NCBI GenBank assembly: GCA_964187785.1
Contig: OZ076409.1
Location: 41,852,001 to 41,916,000, forward strand
Origin: Amphiscolops sp. MND2022
Lineage: Eukaryota
Length of the DNA: 64,000 bases
Direction: 5' to 3'
Below the pieces are notes generated by a model that was not told where the DNA came from, did not search any database, and worked only from the letters and a program-made list of their open reading frames with translations. This document shows positions 13,391-27,685 of this stretch, piece by piece. A program made the translations under genes and the position numbers. Each line of letters opens with the position of its first letter. The first letter of the stretch is position 1.

Positions 13391-16300
13391 AACCGAACTC
13401 AGAGTACATGTATAAATAATTTGTAGACGCATTCCATAGGGTAAAATTCTGCAGACCCCTGAACGTTTCTGCTTGAGGCCAAGGGCGACCGGTCGTCGGG
13501 CATATGTTTTCGAAACGTTTGAATGAGGCAAACTATAATATAATTTGAAACAATACACATACGATGTGTTTATAACACGCAAACATATTAGAATATGTGT
13601 ACCTATTATGTATATATAACATGTGTGATGTTTGAAATTATATCAATATAAGTGTATGTTTGTAAACAGTCAAAGTTGTGTAAAACAGGCAAATAAATGT
13701 AAAGCAGTCAAATGTAATAGTATAAAACAGGCAAAAGAATTACTGACTTCATTATGTGATTCATTTTAAAAAACAAGAAATAAGAAGTATTGCATAATCA
13801 GTGCATGGTAGTCAAACTTTGACTTCTTTCTCCGTTTTCAACGAATGATTTCTCTGAATAATCAAAAACTCGTTACGGACTTGGACCAGTTTTTTTTGAG
13901 AATAGTTGACCAGTTTACTCTTTTCTCAAATTACGGTTAAAGATCGAAATCCGGAATTTCTCATTCCACTGTGCATGAACATGCACGATGAACACTTTGC
14001 ACTGTTTGAATAACATACGGTTTAATGTAATTTTACGGGAAAACTCTTCACACTTGAAGACGAAATCCTTTCTTGCAACATGTGTTTCTTCATGACAAAG
14101 GAAAGAACGAAAAAGTTCACCACCCGTTGTGGTTTCCGTAGTGTTTTCAAAATTGTGACTTTTTCAATTGATTTTCGATATTCCAAAACGAACGTAATAT
14201 ATATTCAGTCATTTAGTAAATGAAAGAAAGCTAAAAAATTTTATGCTGTACTATCTTCTGCTCTATGGGTTTAATTTTATAGGCGAACGAAGTCCGACTG
14301 GATTGAAGCCTTTTGCGACGTTTCGCACTGAAATTTGAACGACCTGACTGGTTTCCTTATTTTTCCGTCTGAATGTGTGACATCACTCTTCTTTGCTTTT
14401 CTCCGAAGCGTTTAATCTCGAAGCGCAACTATCGGAGCATTTTTATTTCTGAGAAACCTTTTGCAAGTTCGCATTTGACCATGATATAACCTTTGGTTTT
14501 AAGGTTTTTCGATAGTTTTTTCTGCAACGGAAATTTTGAAAAATGATACTTTTGAGAGAGCAAATTTTCTTTTTATCTAAGTTAGGGTCTTTTAGCTAAT
14601 CAGCGTGAACGTACATGAACTGGAGGAACAAGATGCCCAGCGGAGTTTCAGGTAACGTGTGTTCTGGAAAACTTTCCGTTATTCAGAAGGTGGCCGTTTA
14701 TTTTCGGAAAAGTTGCGCAAAACTTCTGCGAATCGTTTTCTAAGTAAAATCAATGCTCCAGTAAGGCATCTTTCGGTCTCGGGTTTTCATGAGAAGCAAT
14801 GCACCAAGAATCACTACAAATTTTCAAATTTTCATTGAACTTGCTTTTATAAAAATGTTTCTGGCACGTAGAAAATGGCGGTTAGTCTGTCGAAAATTGT
14901 AGTACAATTTTTGTTCAAAGCTTTCTGAGGAGACTTAATTCGCTCTAAAATTTTCATTTTTCCACGATTTCTACCGTTTCGCATATCTGGCCGCCGTTAG
15001 CTGTATCTGCTAAACTTTTCATAGGTTTTGCGTGCACGCCAATGTGGGCCTATCTTCAACGCAAGCATTGCGCAAAGCTTTTTTGCTCCTATGTTTCAAT
15101 TATTGATTCGTTGAACTTCTCTGTTTCAATGCAACAATTCTGATAATAAACTAAAGTATGCATCAGTCACTGTAGCATTATCAAAGTGGGGAAGAGACTA
15201 CCAAGGGTAAAATTTTGTTTCCAGGAAGACTTGAGACTTTTCGAGTTGACCATCGTTTCAATACAATCTGTCACCATGCAATATATCAACACAACTTGCA
15301 ACTTGACCCTTCCTTTCATTTTGTTCATCGATTTGCAACGCTTCGTAGGTTCATCAATTTTTATATTTTCAACAATTGTATATGCCAACAATGTGTCAAA
15401 GTAATTGTAATATTTTCATATAAAATAATTGATACACGCATTAATTGCGATGATTTTGAACATTTTTTCAGAAACCTGATACATTTGCACACAAAAATAA
15501 GCTGTCTCGTTAACTGCTCGGTACATTTTTAGAATAAACAGGGTTGGCTTTCAATGAGTTAGTACGGCAATTTGTGCCGAAAAAATCTATTAAAATTTAT
15601 TACCTTGTGTCCCTTGAGCCACTTTGGACTTTTCACACCTTTCTCGATAAAACATTCTTCAAACAAAGGGTTTACAGTTTTACAAAATCCACTGTTTAGT
15701 TTTTTCCTCCACTTCACTAACGCCCTAGTGTTTCTTGGTTGTTTCAGCCTCCACTTTTACTAATTACGCTTTATTTGAAACAAAAGCGGTAAATTTATCC
15801 CCATGTTGCGTTAACTTCCGCTGAAAATGAAGGAAGTTGAACTGGAGACGAATGCTAGACATACTATATTGGGACTTCTGCATCACTCGTTATCCGTCTG
15901 CCGACTATGCACATGCGAACAGGAAAACTGACTGCTTTTGGTTCTTTCAAATCAAAAAACTGAATTTGAATATCAAAAAATTACTGTTCAAACACGCTTT
16001 TCATCAGCAACTCATCAGTCGTATCTTATTTCATGATTAAAACTTCACAACATTGCTTAAAACCATCGTCATCTCAATAGACTTTACCATTATGGAAGAA
16101 AGTTAAAAATGGAAACTTAAATCGTTCAATACTAAAGGAAGCTGCATTTCAAGATCTTTTAAGTATTACACAAGGATTTTGGGCAATTTTATGAGCACCA
16201 TGAAGGTCCCATGAAACACAAAAAATTGAGATATCACTTAGATTTGAGTACAAAAAAGTGGGTTTTGACCTTTTGGCCATCAAGTTGGAATTGCTGTTAT

Positions 16301-16911
16301 TAGTTGCAACCACCTCAACCGTTAAGAACTAATTCTGAGACAGGTGTTGTTGTTTTAAGGTTTCAAAGAGAGGTTATGAACTTATGGAAAAAGTGTGACG
16401 TTTGGTCCTTTTCTCTTATGGTTCTTCAAGAAATAAACTTTGATTACTTCATCTTTGATTGTGCCAAATTCACGCTCAATTTTTTTCGGATTTAATTTTT
16501 ATAACGCAGCTTTCGATTTTCAAACCGACACACTACAGGTTGTACTAATTGGCTACCCGGATTGCACGACGAGGCTGATAATATTTGGCACCATTCAGTA
16601 CCTGCAGTAACTCTTTCGTGACCTTACTAGAATCCAGTTGGAATCATTTATGGTCCAGATAATGGCCAGCTTGAAGGCACAAGCCTTTATGGCTCATACA
16701 ATGATCAATATGGAATCATGAATGCCCACTGGTTTCCTTGAAATGCATCTTAACCATTTTTTTTCATTGAAAAAGAGCTTTTTTCAATGAAAAACTGACA
16801 AGAAGGCCACTTTTGACCATAATGTACCAGAAAATTAGTTGCTGGTTCCGTATATGTTTTGGTAGAGTTCATGAAATAAATTGTATAAATGTTTAAAAGG
16901 CTTGGACTTTC

Positions 16912-17266
16912 TTTTTAGTCGGCGCTTTTTCGTAGAAAAACGCAGACTATAATAGTGACTTTTCTTTTTTTTAAAGACCAACGAAGTGACATTTTATAAG
17001 CTTTATAAGCTGAATTGAACTAACACTAAATGCCACACTACTTCTACTGGCACTTGAGATAGAGGTTAATTAGGCTTTTTTGAGGTCCCCTTTTACATTT
17101 TTCGGCACTATGCGACTTCCCGGGGACCAAAAAAATTTGAAAAATCGATTTTTTTTATTTTTATCTCGTGCGGGTGCTTTAGAAGAGAATACTTGACACT
17201 TTGAAGTCTTTTTGCTATTTTTGAGCCTTGGATATGGTGCCGATTTGAGCCGTTCCCGGCTTGTTT
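16912..17266 (-). mobile_element. Helentron-like non-autonomous element, internally deleted copy
   Basis: Reverse complement of both ends of 47688-48224; lacks the tRNA-like segment. Confidence 0.7.
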
Positions 17267-19216
17267 CTACTCATTCCCACTTTTAAGGTAAATTTGTGTT
17301 TCATTCGAGATCAATCATGAATAAATCACCATAAGATGCATAATTGGTATCTACAATTTTGTTTCCAGTTTTGTGGTGAAAATGAGTGAATTTGTAAAAA
17401 ACTCCGGGTAAAACATTAGTTGGGAAATTCGTAATTGTCTGCTCTAATTAACTATAGTATACGTTACGTTACGTATACGTTACACTAATATACCTTTTTT
17501 GGAACCAGACGGACGATAGACTGGACCATATTTGGCTCAGTTCTTGGTCATCTTGTAACCATAAATATTATGTCCAGCAAGGCGTTCATCATGTTCACCA
17601 TACACATATGACTCTACTAAGATCAGTTTGGATTCATATTGTGTTCATTATCTGGCAGACTATGATCAGCTTGTTTTTGTGTGTGAACAAACCCTGGTAT
17701 CCACTTCTGGATTAAGCTTTGCCAGTCTATTTGAGTGTATATGACTCAGTTTAAGAAGCAGTTGGCTGGTGATGTTAATGTTTAATTGGAGTGTGTCATT
17801 TTCCAGCCATTTTTGAACGCTATTCCGAATAAAAACAGAGAATTTTTTGGACTTGTCTTTTTAAAGACAAACTGGCCCCAGGGTATCCTACTTTTAAATT
17901 AAACAAACTAGAAGGAAGTTATAATTAATTTCAGAAATTGTTGATGATGTATTTTGCCATCAAAAGCACAAATTCGGTTTTCTTTCAGGAACACATCATC
18001 GATCGAATTTTTGTTCATGCTCTGTAATTCTTCAAGCAACTTTAAGGAGTAAAGAATTTACATTTTGAAAGCAAAAAAGATATGCTGTGACGTTTATATT
18101 ACTTCTGTGATCGGTGGATAGGTCAATACTCAAGTCTAAGATAACGGTCTTTAATATTAGAAATTTACACCGGCTCGCACGATTTCAACCGTATGATTTA
18201 CACGGTTTTAAGACATTTTCGATGACCTTACCTGTCATTAAAGAAAACAGGTGGCCTCTTGAATCATCTCAAAGACCGACAAACTACCATTTGATGGTAG
18301 GAAAGTATTACACACATTTGATAACTTCAAGTGAAAACATATCCCCTCTGGGTGAAAGAGCTTCACTTGAGTATTTGTATTGAACTGTTCTGGAATTTCG
18401 CTGGCTCTATCTTAGCATAATTACACTTCAAGAGAAAAATCGTTTCTTGAGAATGTTAGTCACTAAAAACCGTACTTTTTATATCTTGCAAGCGTTATTT
18501 TGTAGTACTTGAAGTAATTTTGTAACGTTACGTTTGTATGAAACAATCACTAATGCTCTAATTTCCACCTCTTTGGAGACTCGGCGTGAATGCCGTGAAA
18601 AATTAAACTCAAAAATATATGATGGCTTTTCATTTTAAATTTTCAAAAACATTGGCCTGTTTCTAGGTATTTAATAGTCACAACATGGCTACTTCGCTGC
18701 GCTTTTTCTGCAACTCCAGTGCCATTGAAAGGACCACTAAAATTGAAGCAGATCTCGAATTCATGACATTTTCAGAGCTCTTTAATTTAGAAGGATCATA
18801 AACCGGTGCTTCCCAAGTGCAGTTATGATTTCATTCAATGCGTTGAATGGTTTTTCACCCTTTTATGTCATTTGGGCAAAATATGAATGAGTGATCGAAT
18901 AGCAACAAAAGCTGCTAGCTTGCAAAAAATTATTCACCCTTCCCCAAACGATTCTAAAAAAAGGGTTGAAAAATACCTGACAAAATGCAGCTGAAGAATT
19001 TTATGGCCAAATATGGCTTGCTTCGAAACTTTGTTACACTAATCGAATAAAAGTGTCTATCAATTATTGAAAAATTAAAAATTTGATGGAAAGTGACAAA
19101 AGTCAAACGAAATTCCCCAAATTTAGGGCTAACGAAGGTCAAACGTACCAAGGTCAGATCTTAATGTACTTGATCTTTTTCCAAGTAGGTCGTGTTTATG
19201 TAGGTCACTTTACTAC

Positions 19217-19431
19217 TGTGACATACGAAGGTCACAACCCAAAAAGAGCAACAGTGTTGTTGTCAAACAAACTCATAAACAACTGACTTAGCTACTGCTC
19301 TATTTATGTTTAGTTGATATGATGTAAAAGATACATTACTCTACCATTATGTATTTGAGATAGATACAATACAGACGAAGAGATACTACCGTACCTAACC
19401 TGTTTTAAATTTAGATTTAGCGATCTTAACA
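19217..19431 (+). repeat. Gypsy 5' LTR
   Basis: Identical to 24977-25191 except 2 adjacent bases (GT vs AC). Confidence 0.97.
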
Positions 19432-19450
19432 TGGCGCAGTAAGCAAGATT
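19432..19450 (+). promoter_or_regulatory. Primer binding site (tRNA-Ser-like)
   Basis: TGGCGCAGTAAGCAAGATT directly after the LTR; resembles the complement of tRNA-Ser 3' ends (recalled, not searched). Confidence 0.75.
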
Positions 19451-19516
19451 TTTCTTTTTCCAAATTTGTCCACCTCTTTTACCCTTTCTACCCTACCAAC
19501 ATACAACTATACTAGA

Positions 19517-20806
19517 ATGGCCGTAGCAACCAAAATACAACTACCATATCTAGAAGACACCGGATTAGACGGTAAGAAACTATATACACCCAAAGAATGG
19601 ACCGAAAGACTCCGGCACTACATAAAAAGAATCTACAACATCGACATCAAACCGATATTAACGGATGACACGGTACCAACCGGAGACCCCTGGAATACAA
19701 AAGAACCAGATATCAGACAAGATTTTATCTGGGGCGCTGGACCGTCAGCAATTGAAATCATCACAAAAGGCGAATTCAATACGGACCCAGATACAATTAC
19801 AACCGACAAATTAATACAGCTATTCAAAGAGTACTATATGCCGAAAAGAAATACATACCACAGCCGCGGAGATTTCTTCTGGGCCAAACAAGAAGAAAAC
19901 GAGACACCAGAAGAACACTGGAAAAAGCTGATAACACTCGAAAAGAACTGCGAATTCAAAGATATTAAACAGGAAGACCTATTAATATCGAAATTCATCA
20001 CGAGTATAACCGATAAAAAACTTCGGGAGAAACTTATCCGCGAGAAGACCCTAAACCTGAAAACCAACGTAGAACTTATCACACAAAACAGCTACGACCG
20101 CCGACACAAACAATCTACCATACCAGCTGCACTTGCAAAAGATAAAGAAATCAAAAAAGAACCAATCCAAAAAATACAACCAAAATTCAAAACCGATAAA
20201 TACGGTGACAGAACAACGCAAAAGAAAAACAACTGCGGATTTTGTGGACAACAAAACTGGAACCCACAACATACATGCCCGGCAAAAAACGCGAAATGCA
20301 ACAAATGCCAGAAAATGGGCCACTTCGCACGAGTATGCCGCAGTAAACAAAACAAAAACGACCAAAGAAGAATCAACTATCTGTAAGAAGCATGTTCAGA
20401 AGAAGAAGAAGAAGAAGAAAGCGAACTCGAAGAAATCCACCAAATAACACAAATAAACAAAATACTACCCGACAACAACGACCACTACGGCGTCGAAATG
20501 ATAATAAACGGGAAAAAGCAAAAATTTATCATCGACACCGGATCCCCGGTCACCATCATGCCATACGAACAGAAAATACACAAAACAAAAGAAATCAAAC
20601 CAATGAAAGAAAGATACCAGGACGTAAACAAAAATGAAATCAAATTCATGGGAAAAACATGGGTAACCGCGGAGTACAACGGGACATCAACCAAACTTCC
20701 GATGCTAATTACCAAAAGAAACGATATCACACCACTACTGGGAGTAAATTGGTTAAAACAACTGCCAATAACAATAAATAAAATCTCATTGGACAACGAA
20801 ACCTAA
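19517..20806 (+). pseudogene. gag: Gypsy gag + aspartic protease (one frame, premature stops at 20384 and 20804)
   Basis: Double zinc knuckle CGFC..H.C / CNKCQKMGHFARVC; protease FIIDTGSPVTI in the same frame. Confidence 0.9.
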
Positions 20807-23800
20807 CAATCAGAAAGCGTATACAAAAAGTACCACAAACTCTTCAACACCAACCACACAATAAAAGACGCCGAAGTCAAAGTACAAATAAATCCGGGAT
20901 GCTACCCAATACAACAAAAAACACGACCGATACCTACCATTTGCAAGACGATGTAAAAAACGAACTGAACCGATTAATAGAATCCGGGCACTTAGAAAGA
21001 CTAGAAACAATCGAAGAAGATTGCTTCGTACCACCCGTAGTAATTACGGTAAAGAAAGACAAATCCGTCAAAATCGCATTAGACGCCAGAAAACTGAACG
21101 ATAGCTGCATAAAGAAAAGACCACACATGCCGAACATAGATGAACTACTCAACCAAATATCCGCGAAACTATCAAAAAACGATACCGACCCAATTTGGAT
21201 ATCCGTAATAGACCTGGACTATGCATACGGCCATATGAAATTAGCGCCCGAAACAAGCAAACATTGCAACTTCGCAATCACAGGAGAAAAAATCAATGGA
21301 TATTACCGTTTCCGAAAAAGATTTTACGGCCCAGCAGACATACCCACAATATTCGAAGAGAAGATGGACCGCACGCTCAGACACGAAACACCCGTATGGC
21401 TAGATGACATCATAGTGGTCACACGAGGCACAAAAGAAAAACACACCCAAAAACTAGAATCAGTACTCACAAAACTCGAAAACGAAGGCTACAAGGCGAG
21501 CAAGAAAAAGTCAAAATTCTACTTAAAAGAGACAGTCTGGCTGGGACACACTATTGCCCAGGATGGAATAAGACCGAACAAAGAAAAGACGGAAGCCAAC
21601 AACAAACTGAACACACCAACCAACACAAAAACACTCAAATCCTTTTTGGGGGCGATCCAATACTTTGCAAAATTCATTCCAAACTTATTCAAAAAAACCG
21701 ACAATATGAGACAATTACTCAAGAAAAACATGAAATGGGAGTGGACAGAAGAACGAAACAATGATTTCAACAATATCATGAAAGAACTAACTTCGCAACC
21801 ATGCCTCGCACACTACAACGGGAACAAAGAAAATATTGTCATCACCGACGCTTGCGGCACCGGTCTTGGAATAGCATTATGGCAGAAACAAAGCAATGGA
21901 GACCTAAAACCAATAGTTTTCGCCAGCCGATACCTCAACGACGCAGAAAAAAATATTCAGTCGGAGAACTAGAACTACTAGCGGTAGTATGGGGATTTGA
22001 ACGGTTCAGATTTCACCTGTACGGAAAACAAGTTCAATTATTCTCCGACCACCAAGCCCTGGAACCGCTTTTGAAGAAGAATAAATCAAATAAACAATAT
22101 AGTGCCCGATTAACCCGGGGGCTTGACAGACTCAATCATTTCGACATCACATTAAATTACACCGCGGGGAAAGAATTCAAATTCACGGATTTTATTAGTA
22201 GAAATCCCACCGAAATAGCTGAACCCGAAAAAAATTACGAAGAAGAATTCGTGATTAACGCCATCGCGCAGCTTGCCACGGCAAATTACCGCATCGGCCG
22301 GATTTTTAACCAATCAAATCACTCCAACACGGCAGTCATGCATGACACGCGACGCACTCAGACTGGTACGCGCTGCAATAAAACAAACAATCATTCAAAC
22401 TTTCAAACGACCGCTAATTACATTAACCATACCGTGACAGACAATTATCATCTGAAAATAGAAAAGAGCCAGACAATGGACAACAACAACAACGAAGATA
22501 CACAAGAACCGGAGAGATACCCCAGAGATGAAGAGGGGAGACTAAAATACCATTGGGGCGCGGACGATACAATCATGAAAATCATAAAGTGAAAAGATAA
22601 TTCGCCGGAAACCAGAGATTTAGTGAGACAACGGATCGCACTAACAAAACCCGGAAACATGCGCCACCACTACAACAAGAAACTAGAAAGACAAATTCTA
22701 GTGCCGAGAAGACCGGACGAAGAAGAACGAAAAGAAGTAAAACGAATCGATCTCCGACTAAAGCGGGAAGAAGAACACCGAATACCCCACATCGGCGGAA
22801 GATATTTCAAAAATTTTGGTGACCAATCGTCACAGGAACACCGAGAACACGGCACATCGGCAGAAACACCAATGGAAACCAGTAGAGAGACCGAGTCGAC
22901 GGCCTCCTCCACCCCCTAAGAACCTGTCACAACCCAAGAACCCGGCGCATACCCGGCCATACCGGTGCAAGAATTTAGAGACGGGCCAATCGAGGAAATC
23001 GCGGTACGCTACGTACGCATCAACCGCGTAATAGAAAACAAAGCCATAAGGAACAAAAAGCAAGAAGATAATGTTAGAGCGGCAGAATTAGACTTCATGC
23101 TCGATCTTGAAACCTTAATCAAAGAAACCGCCGCAGACCCGGACTTGATTGAACTACAATGCTGCATCGAAGACAATAATCTCAGCCAGGCCCCAGAAGC
23201 CTACAAACCAATCATAAAGAGATTAACTCACCGCTGGGGAATCACCATGGTCGACGACAGAATTATCGTCCCAAAAAGCCTCAGATACGCAGCACTGAAT
23301 GCACTCCACTTCGGGCATCCCAGAATCAACAAGATGTGTGGCGATGCAGCCATATTCTGGTGGCCAAACATGCGGGCCGACATTGAGAAAAAAGCAAAGA
23401 CCTGCTCTGCCTGCCTAAACTCCGGTAAGAATTTGAAATGTCAAATACCCAGTACCGAAAAAACAAAAATAGAACCGCCGGAAAACCCAGGCGAAGAGAT
23501 CCAAATGGACTTCACCGGAAACCTAAACAGTAAACCGGAAACCAAAACAGTTCACCGGAAACATTTTGAACACTCCCCTTTCAAACTAATCGCCGTCGAT
23601 AGCAATAGCTGATGGCCGGTAGCAAAAATTTGCAAAAATACGAATCATGAATCCATAATAACATTCCTAAAGGAATATACTAATATTTACGGCGTCCCGA
23701 AATCAATTAAAACGGACAAAGGAAGTGCTTTCATATCAAAAGAATTTAGCAAATACTGTAATGAAAACAATATTACCCGTAAATACGGTACAGCGAATCT

Positions 23801-24976
23801 ACATACTGGAACGGGACTGAGAGAACCATCCAATCCATGAAGAATCTACAAAAAGCCAACTTAGAAGACGGAACCAATCTTAGAAATAGTTTAGACAAAG
23901 CACTATATGTGCTTAGATTTACAACCCATTCTGAACTACAAAAAACACCTTTCAAACTCCATTTTGGACGAAAACCCAGAACGAAATTAACCAACCTAAA
24001 AAATGCTATTTCAGCCGACTCAAAAGACTTGTCTGTGTACATAACCCGAAGCTCTACGGGCGAAATCACCGACCACTTGGTGATGTCCAAGAAGAAGACG
24101 ACCGATCCAAAGTACAGACGGGGGATGACTTTCTCCCAGACGAAAAAACCGCCAAATACGGTCAGTACGAACAAATATCCTTTCTCTTTTTACGAAAAGA
24201 ACTACAAAACGAATTCACTGGGCAGCAAATTTAATAACAAACGGCAAACAGCTATTTCGGGTACAAAACATACAGTTACCACCGAAAAAAAAGTAATACA
24301 CAGAAAACTAATATCCAACCTATTACCATTTCAGAACAATACAACACCGACGAAACGGGTAACCACCCGACAAACGACTGCGGAACAACCGTCTTGCTCC
24401 AAATCAACTGAACCACAAACAACTTGCGTCTACAGAAGGAAGGAACCACCAAAGCCGAACAACCACGAAAACAGCGAAGACTGGATCCGCAGGAAAGACC
24501 AACCGAGATATGAGAAGGGACAATTCACTTCCCCACAGAAGAACACCGGCAACAAGACGGACTTAGACCTGAGCATCGTCTCAGATGACGAATTTAACTG
24601 CTACAACAACAGTGAAGGCAGCCCAATAAGCGTGAATGTGGACCACGAACTACAAATCCACCCGAAAGAAACGAGACTATCGCTGGAGACAGGTATAAAC
24701 CACGACCACATAATAACTAAACCAACAACGCCCGTAAGAAGGTCTAGAAGACTACCATTTGCAAAACAAGCCGAAAAACTAGGCGGTATCCCTTACCAAA
24801 CCAATAATAATCGTAAAAGAAATAAATATAACCATAATCTGTTACAGGAAAAACGGACGACACCACCACAAAACAGTGAAGAAGAGGAAGACCGTAACAT
24901 ACGGACAAAAGAAGAAGTCAACCGTATTATACGAAACCAACACCCCAAACCACAAACCCACATAAAGAGGGGGGAA
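20807..24976 (+). pseudogene. pol: Gypsy RT - RNase H - insert - integrase - long C-terminal tail
   Basis: RT IDLDYAY and PVWLDDII; RH TDACGTGLG, ELELLAVVW, FSDHQAL; IN H..H..C..C, QMDFTG, KTDKG; frameshifts near 20935, 21955, 23820 and stops at 22590, 22917, 23610. Confidence 0.92.
24964..24976 (+). promoter_or_regulatory. Polypurine tract
   Basis: AAAGAGGGGGGAA immediately before the 3' LTR. Confidence 0.9.
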
Positions 24977-25191
24977 TGTGACATACGAAGGTCACAACCC
25001 AAAAAGAGCAACAGTGTTGTTGTCAAACAAACTCATAAACAACTGACTTAGCTACTGCTCTATTTATGTTTAGTTGATATGATACAAAAGATACATTACT
25101 CTACCATTATGTATTTGAGATAGATACAATACAGACGAAGAGATACTACCGTACCTAACCTGTTTTAAATTTAGATTTAGCGATCTTAACA
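24977..25191 (+). repeat. Gypsy 3' LTR
   Basis: Direct repeat of 19217-19431, followed by TSD ACTAC. Confidence 0.97.
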
Positions 25192-25196
25192 ACTAC

Positions 25197-25413
25197 TTCG
25201 AATAAAAATTTCCCTCAAAAGGGTCCCCTTCAATTTTTTTGATGTCTTGCGACAGAAATGTTGAAAAACTCCAAAGGGTCCCCCTTTTAGCGCGCCAATT
25301 TGGTCCGACTTCTGGGTTTTTCAGGTACTGTAAAAAATTAATTGACACTTTGAAGTACTTTTGCCATTTTGAGCCCTAGATATGGCGCCGATTTGTTCCG
25401 TTCCCGGCTTGTT
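25197..25413 (-). repeat. Helentron-like family, 5' portion
   Basis: TTGACACTTTGAAGT...GATATGGCGCCGATTTGTTCCGTTCCCGGCTTGTT is the reverse complement of the family start. Confidence 0.65.
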
Positions 25414-26664
25414 ACATCAATTAGAACAAACATATGGCAAAACCACGTGAGTTACTTCACAAAGTGCAAATTATGGTTAGTGTTAATGTTCTGTTAAAAG
25501 TAAATTTACGAAATCACCTGGTTTGTATCGAATAAAAACTTTGACACCAAAATGATTCGATGGCTTCTGATCCAAAAATGGTTCAACAAGTTGGCTGAAA
25601 TGATTATGCTAACAATTGTCAAGTTGAACAGCTTTCTTTGGCGCAAAATAGTTTTTTGTTTAGCTCCAGCGTCTCCAAATAGGATGAAAAAAGGCTCACA
25701 CAGAAAAAATATTTTCTCAGTGGTTAAACTTACTCAAATTGAAGTCTCTCGAATCAACTAGATTCCAACATCATTCTGTTTCCAATGTTCTAATGTGACA
25801 TAGTTCCACGAAAAGAAAGAATTAAGTTAAGATCTGCATTGTACCAACGACGTATTTTGTAACAAACGATTCTGATTTTAATCTAATCTACTATACATAG
25901 TTTACTAAAAAGTATGTTAATAAAGTTCTAGCTAGTGTCGATCTTTCAGTTTTGTTGATTGACAGTAAACCGAATAAAATCGGACACCCAAGACCTTAAG
26001 AAAAAAGTGAGGGTCATTTTTCAACAGATATCCCGACAGACTCTTTTTGATAAGTTTCCAGAAAATATTGTAACAAAATACGAACTGGCTCGTGCCGTTT
26101 CTGGTTGATCATCGGTTTTGAATGGAAAAATGAACTAGTCCAGACTTTATGAATGAGTTTTCCAGCCTGGAAAGTCTACTTTGTTGGTCATCTTTGGTGG
26201 AACAAAGAAATTTCTCCTGTGTAGCTATTGAGCACCTCTGCCTATCTTTGTGAACATCTTTTGAAGTCCCATTGCTGAAATTATGTTGCTTTTCAAAAAC
26301 AACTTTAACACATGTAAGTATCATTTCAATTTCTCAACAAGTTATGCAGAAATTCTCACCGTAATTTCAGCCACACTCACCGATCAGAAACTAATTTTAT
26401 TCTCAATAAATTTCGTTGTCTAGAGTAAATTTTTTTCGAGCTGAGCTGGGAGGTCAAAACAGTTTAATTAGAATTAGTTTGTACTCAAAAGAAACAATGT
26501 CCATCTGTCTTGACAAACTAATTTTCTCTCCGAAGCTCTCAGAGTAAATCATTAATTTGTTGATTTTGTTTTTGAAAGTGAATGAAATTCCCAAGTTTAA
26601 TATTTGAATGTGTTATAGTCGTCATTTTCTTCACCTTTCTTTACGCTAAATTTAGCATAAACAA

Positions 26665-27685
26665 CCCGGGTTGACCGACACTCCATGGATATCTTAGTAA
26701 GATCTTGGCAAGAACTTGGAACTATATTGGCTAAGATCTTGTCAAGATCTTGCCATGGTATTCATTTTGCCATGGTAAGATCTTATCAAAACAGGCATGT
26801 ATCCAAGAAAAATCGTACCAAAAATCCCAAGATGACAAGAGCAATCTTACTAAGAAGCCCAAGATAGCAAAAAAATGCTACGAACTGCTTGATATCGAGA
26901 AAAAAGCAGCATCAGAAAAACTTCAAATTAAAAGCTATTCAATTTCCAAAACTCACTCACAACTATAAAATACAAGAATATTTTCAACCATTAGAATAAC
27001 ATCAAAAACAACTAAGTAATTTATCATCACTAAAATGAAATCTAGATCTATAAATCACAGGAATAAGATCTAAAAACACTGAATCGAGAACCGAATCCAC
27101 AGAAATATATATGGAAGAAGGTCTAAAGTTCCTCAGAACGACAATCTTTTCTCCAATTTTATACAGAAAACCCCTGAGTGGACCGGAAACCGTGTACGTC
27201 CGTTCTCATTTCACTGGAATGAGGACTCAGATCTCTGGAATAAGATCTAAAAGTCCCCAAAATGTCAATATTGTCGCCAATTTCACCCCGAAAACCCCTA
27301 AAAATTTCCAAAAAACCTTGTACGTCGGTTCTCAATTCACCGTTATAAGATCTAAAACCACTGGAATAAGGTCTAAATTTTCCCAGAACGACAATGATTT
27401 CTTCGATCCTATTCAAGAGAATTTGAATCTTTTCAGGAAATCAAGATCCAGGCTGAGAAATCGCGTAAAGACCCGGCAAAAGAAATATTATACGAATGTA
27501 ACTATTTTCAGCACTCTTGATGTTAGATTGTTTTAAATTATAGTAAGATTCGAGCTTGGGATAATGATACAACTTAGTAAGAATCTTAGTGAGAATCATG
27601 CCATGGGATCGATGGTTGCCAAGATGTAAGATTTGGCAAGATCTTGCCATGACATCCAAGATGCTAGTCAGAGGGTAAACCCGGG
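26665..27685. mobile_element. CACTA/CMC-like MITE, family A copy 2
   Basis: CCCGGGTTGACC ... GGTAAACCCGGG; AA on both flanks; ends homologous to 21-1098. Confidence 0.8.

Larger units (their letters stand above)
19217..25191 (+). mobile_element. Full-length Ty3/Gypsy LTR retrotransposon (Mag-like), coding region disabled
   Basis: 215-bp TG...CA LTRs, 5-bp TSD ACTAC (19212-19216, 25192-25196), PBS, PPT, domain order gag-PR-RT-RH-IN. Confidence 0.97.

Noticed and set aside
8520..14080. Inverted similarity between ~8520-8780 and ~13810-14080 as TIRs of one large element
   Set aside because: Highly diverged with no TSD; more simply two dispersed copies of an old repeat.
14200..15600. Possible decayed coding sequence
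   Set aside because: Only short ORFs with no recognisable domain.
19633..25026. Antisense ORFs within the Gypsy element
   Set aside because: Shadow ORFs caused by the A/C-rich strand bias of gag-pol.
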